From assembly GCF_018350175.1 (NCBI RefSeq), contig NC_058368.1, forward strand, positions 137,332,001-137,396,000: a stretch of 64,000 bases of DNA, written 5' to 3'. Positions 52,933 to 64,000 of the stretch are shown here, in pieces (positions within the stretch are counted from its first letter, which is position 1; every line of letters starts with the position of its first letter). This stretch comes from Felis catus (taxonomy: Eukaryota). The position numbers and the translations under genes are program-made. Under the pieces are notes generated by a model. The model ran no database searches, was not told the origin of the DNA, and saw nothing but the letters and a program-made list of their open reading frames with translations.

Positions 52933-53551
52933 TTTAAAAGATTTTTTAAAAGAGGGGTAGACACAAAATTTGGATAAATTTTATGATCAGGTGTTCCTAC
53001 AATTAAGAATGAATTTGGCTTGGCATGTTCAAAGGACATGATAAACCTATTTTCTCTGAAACTATAAATTATAGTAGCACTAAGAAATGTCGCTAGTTCT
53101 TTCCAAATTAAAAAAAAAAATTAACTTTTGTAATTGTATAATATGTATATGTCACTTTATATTCGTGAAAATACAAAAGACAGCTTGAGTTGTTACATTA
53201 TAAAAAGATTCTTCGTTTTAAAGAAAGGTATAATGGACTTTCTTATTTTGATGTTTCTAAGAAAACAGTGTTTGTTAATACATTTCATAAACTAGAATAC
53301 ACCTGTACAGAAGCAGATAGGCCAGACATGCTTAGGACACTTTTCATTAAGCAACATTCTATACCAGTGGTTCTTCAGTTTGGCTGCGTTTTAGAATTGA
53401 CTCAGAAACTTTTAAAAATCCAAAGCCTAGGTTGAGAATCACTATAAAGTTCAAGGCCACAGCAGAGGATGACCATTACCTTGCTAGAAAAAGGTTAGGT
53501 TTATTTTAATTGTGTGATTTAAACTGATTAATACTAATGCTTTGTTTGTAG

Positions 53552-53670
53552 TACATGCTCCAGAGGACGCAAGATCAAGATGAAAATGTGGCTTTGGAAG
53601 CCTGTGAATTCTGGCTCACTTTGGCTGAGCAACCGATATGCAAAGATGTACTCGTAAGGCATCTTCCTAA
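53552..53670 (+). CDS. TNPO1: TNPO1 exon 9 ([40 protein letters not shown])
   Basis: tttgtttgtag|TACATGCTC...CTTCCTAA|gtaagt; branch-like tactaat just upstream of the acceptor. Confidence 0.96.
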
Positions 53671-54211
53671 GTAAGTGTTCGTTCTGCTGAATGCTACCTT
53701 GTTCTTATATTTAACAGTGAGTCCTCGTTTTTGCATTTTTAGATTGCATTCTTCTGCCGTTAGGGAATGAAATTCTAAATGAGTTAGACTTAATTTTACT
53801 TGGTATAACTGTCGATTATAACTAAAGAGATTTTTCAAGAAGCGGTTTTTGGGGTTGTTTTTTTGTTTTAATTACATGTGAGTGGTTTATTCTAAATCAT
53901 AATCTTAATTGTGGGTAATTTGTGGCACGTTTCTTTCTTTCCTTTTTTTTCTTTTTTTTTCCCCTTTAATCCTGTTAATTTGACTGGACTTGGGTGGGGT
54001 TTTCTCCCCAAAAGTAATTTTCCGGTAGTTGTGATGCTATCGGGTTTTTGGTTAGCCTATTATTAAGCCTATTTCTAACTCTGAATGTTGTTTTATCAGG
54101 TTGTTTTTTTTATCTTTTTTCCACTTTTATTGAGACATAATTGACCTAAAACATTGTATTAATTTTGCTACATATTGATTTGATACATGTGTTAAAGTTA
54201 ATTACTTTTAA

Positions 54212-54716
54212 AATTTTTTTTTTTTTTCAACGTTTATTTATTTTTGGGACAGAGAGAGACAGAGCATGAACAGGGGAGGGGCAGAGAGAGAGGGAGACAC
54301 AGAATCGGAAACAGGCTCCAGGCTCTGAGCCATCAGCCCAGAGCCCGACGCGGGGCTCGAACTCACGGACCGCGAGATCGTGACCTGGCTGAAGTCGGAC
54401 GCTTAACCGACTGCGCCACCCAGGCGCCCCAAAGTTAATTACTTTTAAAAGTAATGCTTGGGGTGCCTGGGTGGCTCAGTCAGTTGAGCGTCTGACTTCA
54501 GCTCAGGTCATGATCTCATGGTTTGAGGTTTGAGTCCTGCGTCAGGCTCTGTGGGTTTGAGTCCTGCGTCAGGCTCTGTGCTGAAAGCTCAGAGCCTGGA
54601 GCCTGCTTCAGATTCTGTGTCTCCTTCTCTCTGACCCTTATCCACTCATGCTGTCTTTCTTCAAAAATAAATTTAAAAAACATTGAAAAAAAAAATTTTT
54701 TTTGAATAAAAAAAAT
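54212..54716. mobile_element. Head-to-head SINE pair (young - copy to 54430; + copy from 54460)
   Basis: TSDs aaagttaattactttt and aaaagta(a/g)tg(c/t)tt. Confidence 0.92.
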
Positions 54717-55014
54717 AAAAGTAGTGTTTAACTTTCTTTTGAAAAATTTTTTGTGTATGTTAGTGCCATATGCCAAATAACATTTATTCAGAGTGTTTGG
54801 GGAGAGTTAAATTTGATAGTATGTAAAAGCACTTCACATGGCATCTAGCTCTCTTCAGTACTTAAAATTTTGATTATACTGTTTTGTGCTTTGATGTTTT
54901 CAGTTGTATATTGTGCAGTTTCCCCTTCTCAGTTTTTAAGCTTTGAATACTATTCCATCATGTTGTGCATACTGTTTTATATTCGACCCTTCTATTGTTG
55001 AATATTTACATTTG

Positions 55015-57370
55015 CCTTTTTTTTTTGTTTATTTGTTTTGAGAGAGAGTACAAGCAAGGGAGGGGCAGAAAGGGAGAGAGAGAAAGCATGCCCTGCAGGC
55101 TTCATGCTGTCAGCTCAGACTCCAGAACCATGAGATCATGACCCGAGCGGAGATCAAGAGTTATATGCTTAACCAACTGAGCCACCGAGGCACCCCTGCC
55201 CTTTTTTAAAAGTTATAAGTAATCCTGGAGTCAGCGTCTTTTCTTTGTCCATAAGTGGTTATCTCTTTCAGGTAGAATTCTTACAAGTGATGTTTAAAAG
55301 TCAAAGGATCATAAATACTCCACAAATTGTTCTGTAGTGAAGTTACACCAATTTATAAGCCACCACCACCATCCCATCCTGTCAACCTTCTGCTGGCCAT
55401 TACCATTTCTGTAATCTTAGTCATCTGGATGAGCAAAACAAAACCACTTGTTTTAGTATGTTATGGTATCGGTGGGTTAACTTTTTTTTTTCCAGATATT
55501 TATGTTACTTGGATGTTCTCATTTTCATATCTGTCGCATTCTTTTTCTTTTTCCACCAAGAAAGCAGCAAGTTGTACCTATATTTTATTCTAGTCAGTCT
55601 GGAGTTTATTAGGGAGTAAAGTGCAAGGTGGTGTGCTAAATGGATTTTCCTCCTTTAGGAAATCCAGATAATTAACTTTTTTTCTCCTTAACTTGTGATG
55701 CCACTTTTATGATGTGCTTAATTCTTACTATAGGACCATATAATTCAAAAAGTCATATAAACGGGTGCCTCAGTCAGGTAAGCATCTGATTGTTGATTTC
55801 AGCTCAGGTCATCTCACGGTTGGTGGGTTGAAGCCCCACATCAGGCTACCTGCTGACAGTGCAGAGCCTGCTTGGAATTCTCTCTCTGTCCCTCCCCAGC
55901 TCTCTCTCCCTCTCAAAAATAAATAAAACTTTTTTTTTTAGTGTTTTATAAGCAGACATTAATTCATACAAAGACTGAAGAAATTCTATCATGAAAACCC
56001 AAGCTATAACATTAGGAAGTATTGTTAATAAGCAATTATAACTTCATGCTCCAACTTGGTTATTACACTGATAAAACCTAAACATCCTTAAAGCAAGGAA
56101 GAACTTGGTATCAGGCTAAAAGAGCAGAACTTAATCTTTTTTTCTATGCTAATTGTTGCAGACCTTAAATAACCTAAGGCAGCCATAACTGGGTTTGATA
56201 CATATATCTTCCGAACCATTGGTTTGGGAACCATATTTATATAAAACAAGGCTACTTTTATTTTTTCATTATAAAAATGCATTTTGAGGACTGGAGAATA
56301 ACCACACTTATCTGATGCTGAAATAGGAAACATAATAAAAGCACTAGTTTTTCCTAGCACTGTTCATCAGCCCCATGTTTATTATGAGCAAAAAGTGTTT
56401 GCTTAGGAGTAAAAATTGTATATGCAATGAGAACTGTGTTGTTATGAACTCACATAGAAAGCACCCGAGTGTCAAGGGATGACAGTAAATTCTTTTATGT
56501 GTTTCTGGGCTTTGTAAAATCTGTTCCTTTTTTTTTTCTTTTGTTTTAACCAATATTATTCTCTTTTGATTACTGAATATTTGATGATATATTTTCTTAT
56601 CTGGCAGAGCAATTCTTCATTTTTTTTTTAATGTTTATTTATTTTGAGAGTGAGTGCGTGCATGTGTGAGTGAGGGGGGGGGGGGGGGGGGGGACAAAGA
56701 GACCAGGAGAGAGAATCCCAAGCAGGCTCCACACTGTCAGTGCAGAGCCCAACATAGGGCTTGAACTCAAACTGTGAGATCATGACCTGAGCTGAAATCA
56801 CCAGTGGAATGCTTAAATGACTGAGGCATCCAGGTGCCCCTCATTTCATTTTTTATTCCCAGTTATTTTGGCTTTTCCCCCACCTTTATTCTTATACATT
56901 AATATTAGTACCTCCTGGCACTGTTTCGATTAATCTATGTAAAGCAAGTAATGCTAAGTACGTATTTAAGGACTCAGTAAACATTCATTGTTGGTATTGA
57001 CGTCGTTGCCTTTCCGTGAAATTGCATTAAAAATTCTCTCTTGGGGCGCCTGGGTGGCTCAGTTGGTTAAGCGTCCAACTTCAGCTCAGGTCATGATCTC
57101 TCAGTCCATGAGTTCGAGCCCTGCGTTGGGCTCTGTGCTAACAGAGCCTGGAGCCTGCTTCAGATTCTGTGTCTCCCTCTCTCCCTGCCCCTTCCCTGCT
57201 CTGTCTCTCTCTGTCTCAAAAATAAATAAAAACGTTAAAAAGAAAAAATTTCTCTCTTTACTGGGGTGCCTGGCTGTCTCAGTCAGTAGAACATGGGACT
57301 CTTGATTCAGGATCATGAATTCAAGCCTCATGTTGGGCATAGTGCTTAATTTTTTTCTAAAAAAGAAAAA
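55015..57370. mobile_element. Further Can-SINEs: - 55015-55196, + 55762-55930, - 56620-56840, + 57043-57250, short + 57263-57370
   Basis: Head and tail motifs visible at each position. Confidence 0.82.
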
Positions 57371-59237
57371 TTCTCTTTTTTCGGGCTACATGAGGCTTCA
57401 GGAGAAGGCTCCTTAATAATTAGACCTAAAAATAGTGGTCTGCCTTGAAAGATGGGAATTCTTCAGACAAACGCCATATTGCTACATGGTCACAGTTAAT
57501 GTCCATATCTCACTTTCCAATTTGATTTGCTTACCCAGCTTTATCAGTCCCTTATTGCCTGCATATCTTTTCATTCTGTCTTTCTCTGGCACAGACATCA
57601 CAATTCACAAATCAACTATATTGACCATAAACTTCTAGCTACCCTGCATCTCCCCTGCTCTGGATTAATAAACTGTCTTTGCTTCCTGTCAAATGCTTTT
57701 GGGAAGTCACACCACCAGGATTGATGGTTGTAGAAATTCATGGTTTTCGATGTCAGGTGGCCCCTTCACACTGCCAGTTTTTCTTATTCCAGGTCACTTT
57801 TTATCTTCCATTGAGTAGAGCAGCCATTCAAACCTTTATCACTCTTCTGAATTCTCTTCATTCATTCTGAGCACTTCTGCTTTATAGGAAAAACAAGTGA
57901 CCCTTCATCTTGCCCCAAAAATTAAAGATATATTTTCACGTGAGTGGTCTTGGACAGCATAATTTTTTCTTCAGATACCTCGTTCCATCGAATATATACT
58001 TTTCTCTGTTTGAACTTTCTTTCTCTTTCTCCATAACTTGAATTTTTTCCGTCTTAAAAATGATTCAGAAGAACAGATGAGGCTCACTGTCCTTACTTCT
58101 TTACCTCACCTCATGTTATTTCACAGTCTGCCATCTGTCTCCCCACTTCCCCCAAATTATTGACAGAGATGACTTAATTGTTGGTGATCCAAATGGATCT
58201 GTCTCTGCAAAATGCCTGTAGCTTATAAAATAGGGTTTTATTTGTTATAAATTTTATATAGCTGTGTTATATTAGCTGTAATGTTAAATTGATATTAATC
58301 TGTATTTTAGAATTTGAAAGGATTTAAACATGAAAGTGTGGCTGGCCCATATTTTTTCTACCTGTCTAGGAAATTTTGAATCTTACTGCTTTCTTTTCCC
58401 TATTATTATTCCTTTAGTTAATGAGGGCTTACAGAATTATCTCATTGATGGTAAAGTTGTACCCAAAATTAGTTGTGCACATGTTTATTTAATTGGTGTC
58501 AGATGATGTAACTCTTTGAAGCAAGGCCTCTACAAAGGCCTAAGACATTATTGTAGAGAGTGAGAATTTCTTAGATCTGTTGTAGGGAAACAAAATTATT
58601 TTTGGAGTCACGCCAAACTGGTTTTGAATTCTGACTCTCCCATTACTTAAAATTAATGACCTTGTGGAAATAATGTAACATCTCTGAGGCTTAGCTGACT
58701 CATCTGTAAAAAGGAGATCATAATATCTTTTTCACTAGATTATAAGGAAAGTGCTTACTAATAAGTCCCACAGCTGGTAGTCATGAGTATGAGTTTCTTT
58801 TGGCTATTCACACTTCCCAAGCCACCCAGAACTATTAAAGGTAGAATTCAGAAGCAGAGAACTGTGGACTTTTTTAATGTTTCCAAAGTGTTCTCATAAC
58901 CTTTTATCCTCAGTAGACTCTTAAGTGTGTAATGGGCCACTGAGAAAGGAAATCATCAAAGCTTAAGAAACCTATCAAAGCTTAAAATTCTCATAGCTAC
59001 AAAGGAACTGTAGTGTTTTGACCTTTTTATTATGTTTTTTGATAATTTTTTAACTATTCTTACATACCGGGGATTCCATATTTACAAACATCTTGGTTCT
59101 GATTTAATAAGTACATTAATACTGTAGATTGGATATGATATCCTGATTTAACTATTTTCTTATTGGAAATTTGAGTTAATTTCTTAAATTAAAATTTCTA
59201 ACTTTTTAATCAAAGGCTATGATCTTCTTGATAGAGC

Positions 59238-59660
59238 TCTTTTTTTTTTTTAAGTTTATTTTTAATGTTTACTTTTGAGAGAGACAGAGAGTGAGAGCAG
59301 GGGGTGGGGCAGAGAGAGAGGGAGACACAGAATCCAAAGCAGGCTCCAGGATCTGAGCTGCCAGCACAGAGCCCAACCGCGGGGCTTTTGAACTCATGAA
59401 CCATGAGATCGTGACCTGAGCCGAAGTTGAACACAACCGGCTGAGCCACACAAGTGCCCCTAATTTTTTTTTACTTTGAGAGAGACCATATGTGCACAAA
59501 TGGGGGAGGGCTGAGGTGGAAGGAGGGGAGGGGGAAGAATGCCAAGCAGGCTCTGTGCTGTCAGTGCAGAGCTCCATTCAGGGCTCCAAGTCATGAACCA
59601 TGAGATCATGACCTGAGCCGAAACCAACAGTCAGACACTTACCGCACTGAGCCTACCTCA
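59238..59660 (-). mobile_element. Two tandem antisense Can-SINEs
   Basis: Two successive T-tail / GA-rich / head units. Confidence 0.85.
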
Positions 59661-60280
59661 TGTCTTTTTTTCTTTTTTTTGCATTATTTCTTTTGGATAA
59701 CTTACTTTAGATTTAGTATATTTAACATTCTGAACATTATCCTCTCTTTTATTAAAAGAAGTACAAATAATGTAGGCTCGTTGTAAAAACGTCACACTAT
59801 TTAGAAATAAATGATGAATTTTATCCCTTTTTAGTCTGTTCAGCTTCTTCTCCAGATACCATTTTCTTGTATATCTTTCCTAGATAGTCTCTTTATACAA
59901 GTAATTACATAGGTAATCTCAATACTTTTAACTTAAATGGAAACTCAAATGCTGTATGTGTTTTTACACGTTTTTGTTTCATTTTAACTATACTGTAATT
60001 TATTTTGGTGTCTTGTTCTTTTTCTAACCACTGTTGACAAGCTACCTTATCCTAAGATTCCATCCAGCAGATCCCATGCATGAGTATGTAAAAGGCCTGG
60101 GATATAAATGAGGAACACTTGTCATTTGAAAAGGGCAGACATCACAGAATATGCCCTAAGACAGTACTGGCAGGGATGGTTGGCTCTTCGATATTACTAG
60201 TATACAAAAGGTCATTAAGGTTGCTTAAAAATTCTTATGAAATCTTTAGTTCTTTGTTTCATGAATTTCTCTCTTTATAG

Positions 60281-60341
60281 ATTGATTCCTGTGTTAGTGA
60301 ATGGCATGAAGTACTCAGATATAGATATTATCCTTCTTAAG
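60281..60341 (+). CDS. TNPO1: TNPO1 exon 10 (LIPVLVNGMKYSDIDIILLK)
   Basis: ctctctttatag|ATTGATTCCT...CTTAAG|gtaagg. Confidence 0.96.
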
Positions 60342-60888
60342 GTAAGGAAACTTTTCTGATAAATAGGGAAGCTTTTTTCTTTTGACTTAGAGAATCTTTG
60401 AAGTTGACTAATAGAACATTTATTTAAAATAGACCCTGTGTAAATCTGTTTCCTGTTACGTATAATGTGCTGCAAAGTGCAGAGAAGCAGACGATGAATT
60501 TGAGTGATAACGTAGGCTAACTTCATTGGAACCAGATGGTGACACTAGTAGAGAAATTTCCTCTTGATTCAAATTATTTGTAGTTTATTTTAAGCTATAT
60601 TGAATATGATCTCAGTCTTATTCAGGTACTCTAGATTATACCAGTTGATGGGAGGCAATACTATAATGAGATTAAAAGTGCCTGATACCTGACATGTGTT
60701 GCATGATAGTTCCTTCTCCCCTTAACACAGAACTGTTTTCTGCACAGGGGAGAGTGGTTCTTAACAAAGAGGTGTACTTCAAAACCATGTGCATGGCACC
60801 ATCTCTCCTTATTCTGATTTTTTTATGCATGTACATGTTATTAGCTTATAGTGATGTTTGAGTATTATCAAAATCTTTCTTAAAACAG

Positions 60889-61057
60889 GGTGATGTTGAA
60901 GAAGATGAAACAATTCCTGATAGTGAACAAGATATAAGGCCACGTTTTCATCGATCGAGGACAGTGGCTCAGCAGCACGATGAAGATGGAATTGAAGAGG
61001 AAGACGATGATGACGATGAAATTGATGATGACGATACAATTTCTGACTGGAATCTAA
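60889..61057 (+). CDS. TNPO1: TNPO1 exon 11, HEAT-8 acidic loop ([56 protein letters not shown])
   Basis: taaaacag|GGTGATGTT...AATCTAA|gtaagt; the acidic loop is characteristic of transportins. Confidence 0.96.
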
Positions 61058-61094
61058 GTAAGTCAGAGGGAAGAATACAGTTGTCTGCTTTGAT

Positions 61095-62040
61095 AGCAAC
61101 TTCATTGAGAAATCATACACATAATTGTACAGTGCCCTCATTAAAGGGTACAATTCAGTCGTTTTCGTATATTCAGAGTTATGGAACCATCACCCCAGTA
61201 AGTTTCGGAATGATTTCGTCACCCTAAAAATAACCCCGTTCTTATTAGAGGTCGCTCCCCATATTTCTTCCAGTCCCCCAGCCCAAAGCAACTACCAGTC
61301 TCTATTCTGTCTCTCTGGAATTGCCTATTTTGGACATTTCCTATAAATGGAATCATACAATATGTGGTCCTTCATGACTGCCTTCTTTCACTTAGGATGT
61401 TTTCAGTATTTGTTCGTGTTATGGTGTGTATCAGTATTTCATTTCTTTTTAATTTTTTTTTTAATGTTTATTTTTGAGAGAGGGAGAGACAGAATATGAG
61501 TGGGGGAGGGGCATCGAGAGAGATGGAGACACAGAATCTGAAGCAGACTTCAGGCTCTGAGCTGTCAGCACAGAGCCTGACACGGGGCTTGAACTCACAA
61601 ACCGTGAGATCATGACCCAAGCCGAAGTCAGACGCTCAACGGACTGAGCCACCCATGCGCCCCACTTCATTTCTTTTTAATGTGGAAAAATAATTCATTG
61701 TGTGGATATGCCACATGGTTTTTATCCATTCATCACTTGGTGGACATTTTGTTCTCCCTTTTGGCTATTGTGAGTAATGATGCTAAGAATGTTAATGTAA
61801 AGTTTGTGTGTGGACATATGTTTTCACTTGTGGATATAGACAGAAGTGTGATTACTGGGTCATATGGTATATCTTTGTGTTTAAGCTTTTGAGGAACTAC
61901 CAGGCTGTTTCCCACAGTGGCGCCATCATTTACTTTCTTACCAGCATTATCTTGCATTATCTTACGGTTGTGGTTTCTACATATGCTTGCCAGCATTTGT
62001 TGTCACTTATTTTATAGCCATTCTAGTAGATGTGATTATG
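61095..62040 (-). mobile_element. Old L1M (L1MB/MC-like) 3' fragment with an inserted SINE
   Basis: ttgcctattttggacatttcctataaatggaatcatacaatatgtggtcctt...tttgaggaactaccaggctgtttcccacagtgg. Confidence 0.75.
61452..61663 (-). mobile_element. Can-SINE inserted in the L1M fragment
   Basis: TSD ttcatttctttttaat. Confidence 0.9.
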
Positions 62041-62396
62041 CTTCTTAAATACTTCTTACCTCAAACTGCCATTTTTCAAAAAGCCATACATTTTGTTTGA
62101 CATTATAAAATAGGAACATTGGCTGCAAGATTTTTCTGTTTTCTTGATATAAACTTATTTTTCATGATAATTTGCCTGTTGATTATCAAGGATAACACTA
62201 AAATAATATAAATTGTTTTCTCATTCTCAAAGTTACAAATGAAGTTTTTAAAACTTGTTTATTTTCAAACTTAATTGCAAATCGAAATCATCTATTGAGC
62301 CAGCATTCCGCCCCACACACTAATGAAATGAGGAATCTAGACACCCGTGTTTTGTTTTTGTTTCTGTGCTGGTCCTTAAAGTTTCATGCTCTAGTT

Positions 62397-62586
62397 CAAG
62401 GTTTCTCAACCTCCACATTGTTGACATTTTGCCACATGGTTCTTTGTTGTGGTGGCTGTTGTGTACATTGTAGAACGTGAAGCGGCACCCACCCCCCCAC
62501 ACACACAGTTGTCATGACCACCATTGTCTCCAGACATTGCCCATTGTCCCCTGGGAAACAAAATTATGCCTAGTTAAGAACCACGG
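62397..62586 (-). mobile_element. MER20 hAT MITE, antisense
   Basis: caaggtttctcaacct...tgtctccagacattgcc...tgtcccctggg...gttaagaaccac. Confidence 0.8.
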
Positions 62587-63017
62587 CTATAATTCAGAGT
62601 GTTGGGATTTCTAATAACTGATGAAACAGTTAAATCCATGAATTATCAGACTGAACTGTGTAATTCATTTGGTTAAATAATGCTAATTCCTCTGTTGCCC
62701 ATTTAGTTTTCTGTTCCTTAGAGTGCCCAATGTGCCCAGCACTAGGCCAAGGACTTGGCATGTGTATCCCATTTAATCTTTACAACAGCCTTAGGTTGGT
62801 AAGGAAACTGCAAAAAGAGAAACTTGCCCAAAGTTGGTTAACATAGCTAGTACTAATGGCATATTTACTCTTGGACTCCAAATCTCCCACAAGAGAACAC
62901 GAGGTCTTCACTGCTGCCACAAATTATAGTAGCCCCCTGTAATCCACAAGGGGATATGTGCCAAGACCCCCAGTGGGTGCCTGAAACTCACAGATAGTAC
63001 CAGACCCTCTAAGTACT

Positions 63018-63021
<4 letters not shown>

Positions 63022-63078
<57 letters not shown>
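63022..63078. repeat. (TG)n microsatellite
   Basis: Read directly from the sequence. Confidence 0.95.
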
Positions 63079-63082
<4 letters not shown>

Positions 63083-63171
63083 ACATACATACATACCTAT
63101 GATAAAGTTGAATGTATAAATCAGGCATCAAGAGATTAACAATCATAATAGTAAAATAGAACAGTTATATT

Positions 63172-63388
63172 GGGTGCCTGGGTGGCTCAGTCGTTGAAGC
63201 TTGTGACTTCAGCTCAGGTCATGACCTTGTGGTTTGTGAATTTGAGCCCCATGTCAGGCTCTGTGCTGACCAGGTTAGAGACTGAAGCCTGCTTCAGATT
63301 CTGTGTCTCCCTGTCTTTCTGCAACCCCCTGCTTGGCGTCTGTCTCTCTCTCTCAAAAGTAAATAAACGTTAAAAATTTTTTTTTAAA
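63172..63388 (+). mobile_element. Can-SINE inside the MER44
   Basis: Head gggtgcctgggtggctcag and A/T tail. Confidence 0.85.
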
Positions 63389-64000
63389 AGAGGATCATCT
63401 GCTTTTAGACTGCACTTAACCAAGGGTAACAAATCATGAAGTACAAAAAACTGCACAGTGAGGTGCTACTCTACCTCCCAGTGTATCCCTGTAGGCTGGG
63501 AGCAGGATGGATTCAGATTATAATATAGATAACATTATAAAAGTAATAATGTTCATTGAGTTGGGGGAAAGGAACTACTTCTACTTCCCCTTCACATCCC
63601 ACCCATTTTTATATCTTTCCAGAAGTTTTTCTGTGTACCCTGGAGAAGAGGTTGACTTTACAGCAGTGAAATGAAATTGATTTTGTGTACTCTCTTGGTT
63701 CTTTTCCATTTACTGTATAACTCATTCTATATCAGTATATAAAGATTTCATTCTCTTTCATGGTAATTTAATACTCATTGGTATGGTTCTGCCATACAGT
63801 ATAACTAAGACTCTTACTGTTATGTAAGGTGTTACTTGTAGCCAGTTTAACAGCCTTTTTTAAAAAAGGATTTTACTATTGTTTAACAGTTTGTGATCAA
63901 CTATTTAGTATGCCTAATCACATTGGGAAAAAAATTTTATACTTAATTTTTGTTACCATTTTGTTTTCTTAATTATTGCATTAAATGAAATCTGAATTGA

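Larger units (their letters stand above)
31237..61057 (+). other. TNPO1: TNPO1 (transportin-1 / karyopherin beta-2) gene, partial: 10 coding exons, continuing past the window end
   Basis: Ten AG/GT-bounded exons (114, 76, 150, 107, 134, 82, 123, 119, 61, 169 nt) join in one open frame. The translation matches the transportin-1 N-terminal HEAT repeats and acidic loop as I recall them. Confidence 0.97.
62928..63470 (-). mobile_element. MER44/Tigger7-derived MITE containing (GT)n and a SINE
   Basis: agtagccccc...ggggatatgtgccaagacccccagtgggtgcctgaaac...catacatacctatgataaagtt; far terminus near 63470. Confidence 0.7.

Noticed and set aside
56674..56693. G20 homopolymer, potential G-quadruplex
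   Set aside because: Expansion of a G run within an antisense SINE; homopolymer length is also error-prone.
159..63373. Many 60-100 aa ORFs sharing motifs such as GAWVAQSVK, SGSVLTAQSLEP and EPGACFRFCVSL
   Set aside because: These are translations of Can-SINE copies, not a gene family.

Overview
Mammalian (felid-like) genomic DNA, dense in carnivore tRNA-derived Can-SINEs, covering the 5' part of TNPO1 (transportin-1/karyopherin beta-2) on the + strand. Ten coding exons (31237-61057; exons 2-11 by human numbering, recalled) join in one uninterrupted frame and encode [14 protein letters not shown]...[11 protein letters not shown]. The upstream exon 1 (MVWDR in the long human isoform) and exon 12 onward were not found in the window. 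Bases 1 to ~30.8 kb are repeat-rich and probably intron 1 (long L2, ~4.8 kb antisense L1 with a nested Tigger MITE, many SINEs). A CpG island at ~30.9-32.0 kb surrounds the first coding exon seen here. The strongest signal is a consensus U12 (minor spliceosome) intron at 31351-34084, which also contains nested U2-type splice sites. Other leads are an open frame upstream of the ATG containing a CAG repeat, a candidate poison exon after exon 9, and two head-to-head SINE pairs with identical 29-nt spacers centred on TTTTAAAA. I see no convincing new gene or biological system. Almost all ORFs in the supplied track are SINE, L1 or GC-rich artefacts. Repeat boundaries are approximate and repeat family names are from recall, not a database search.
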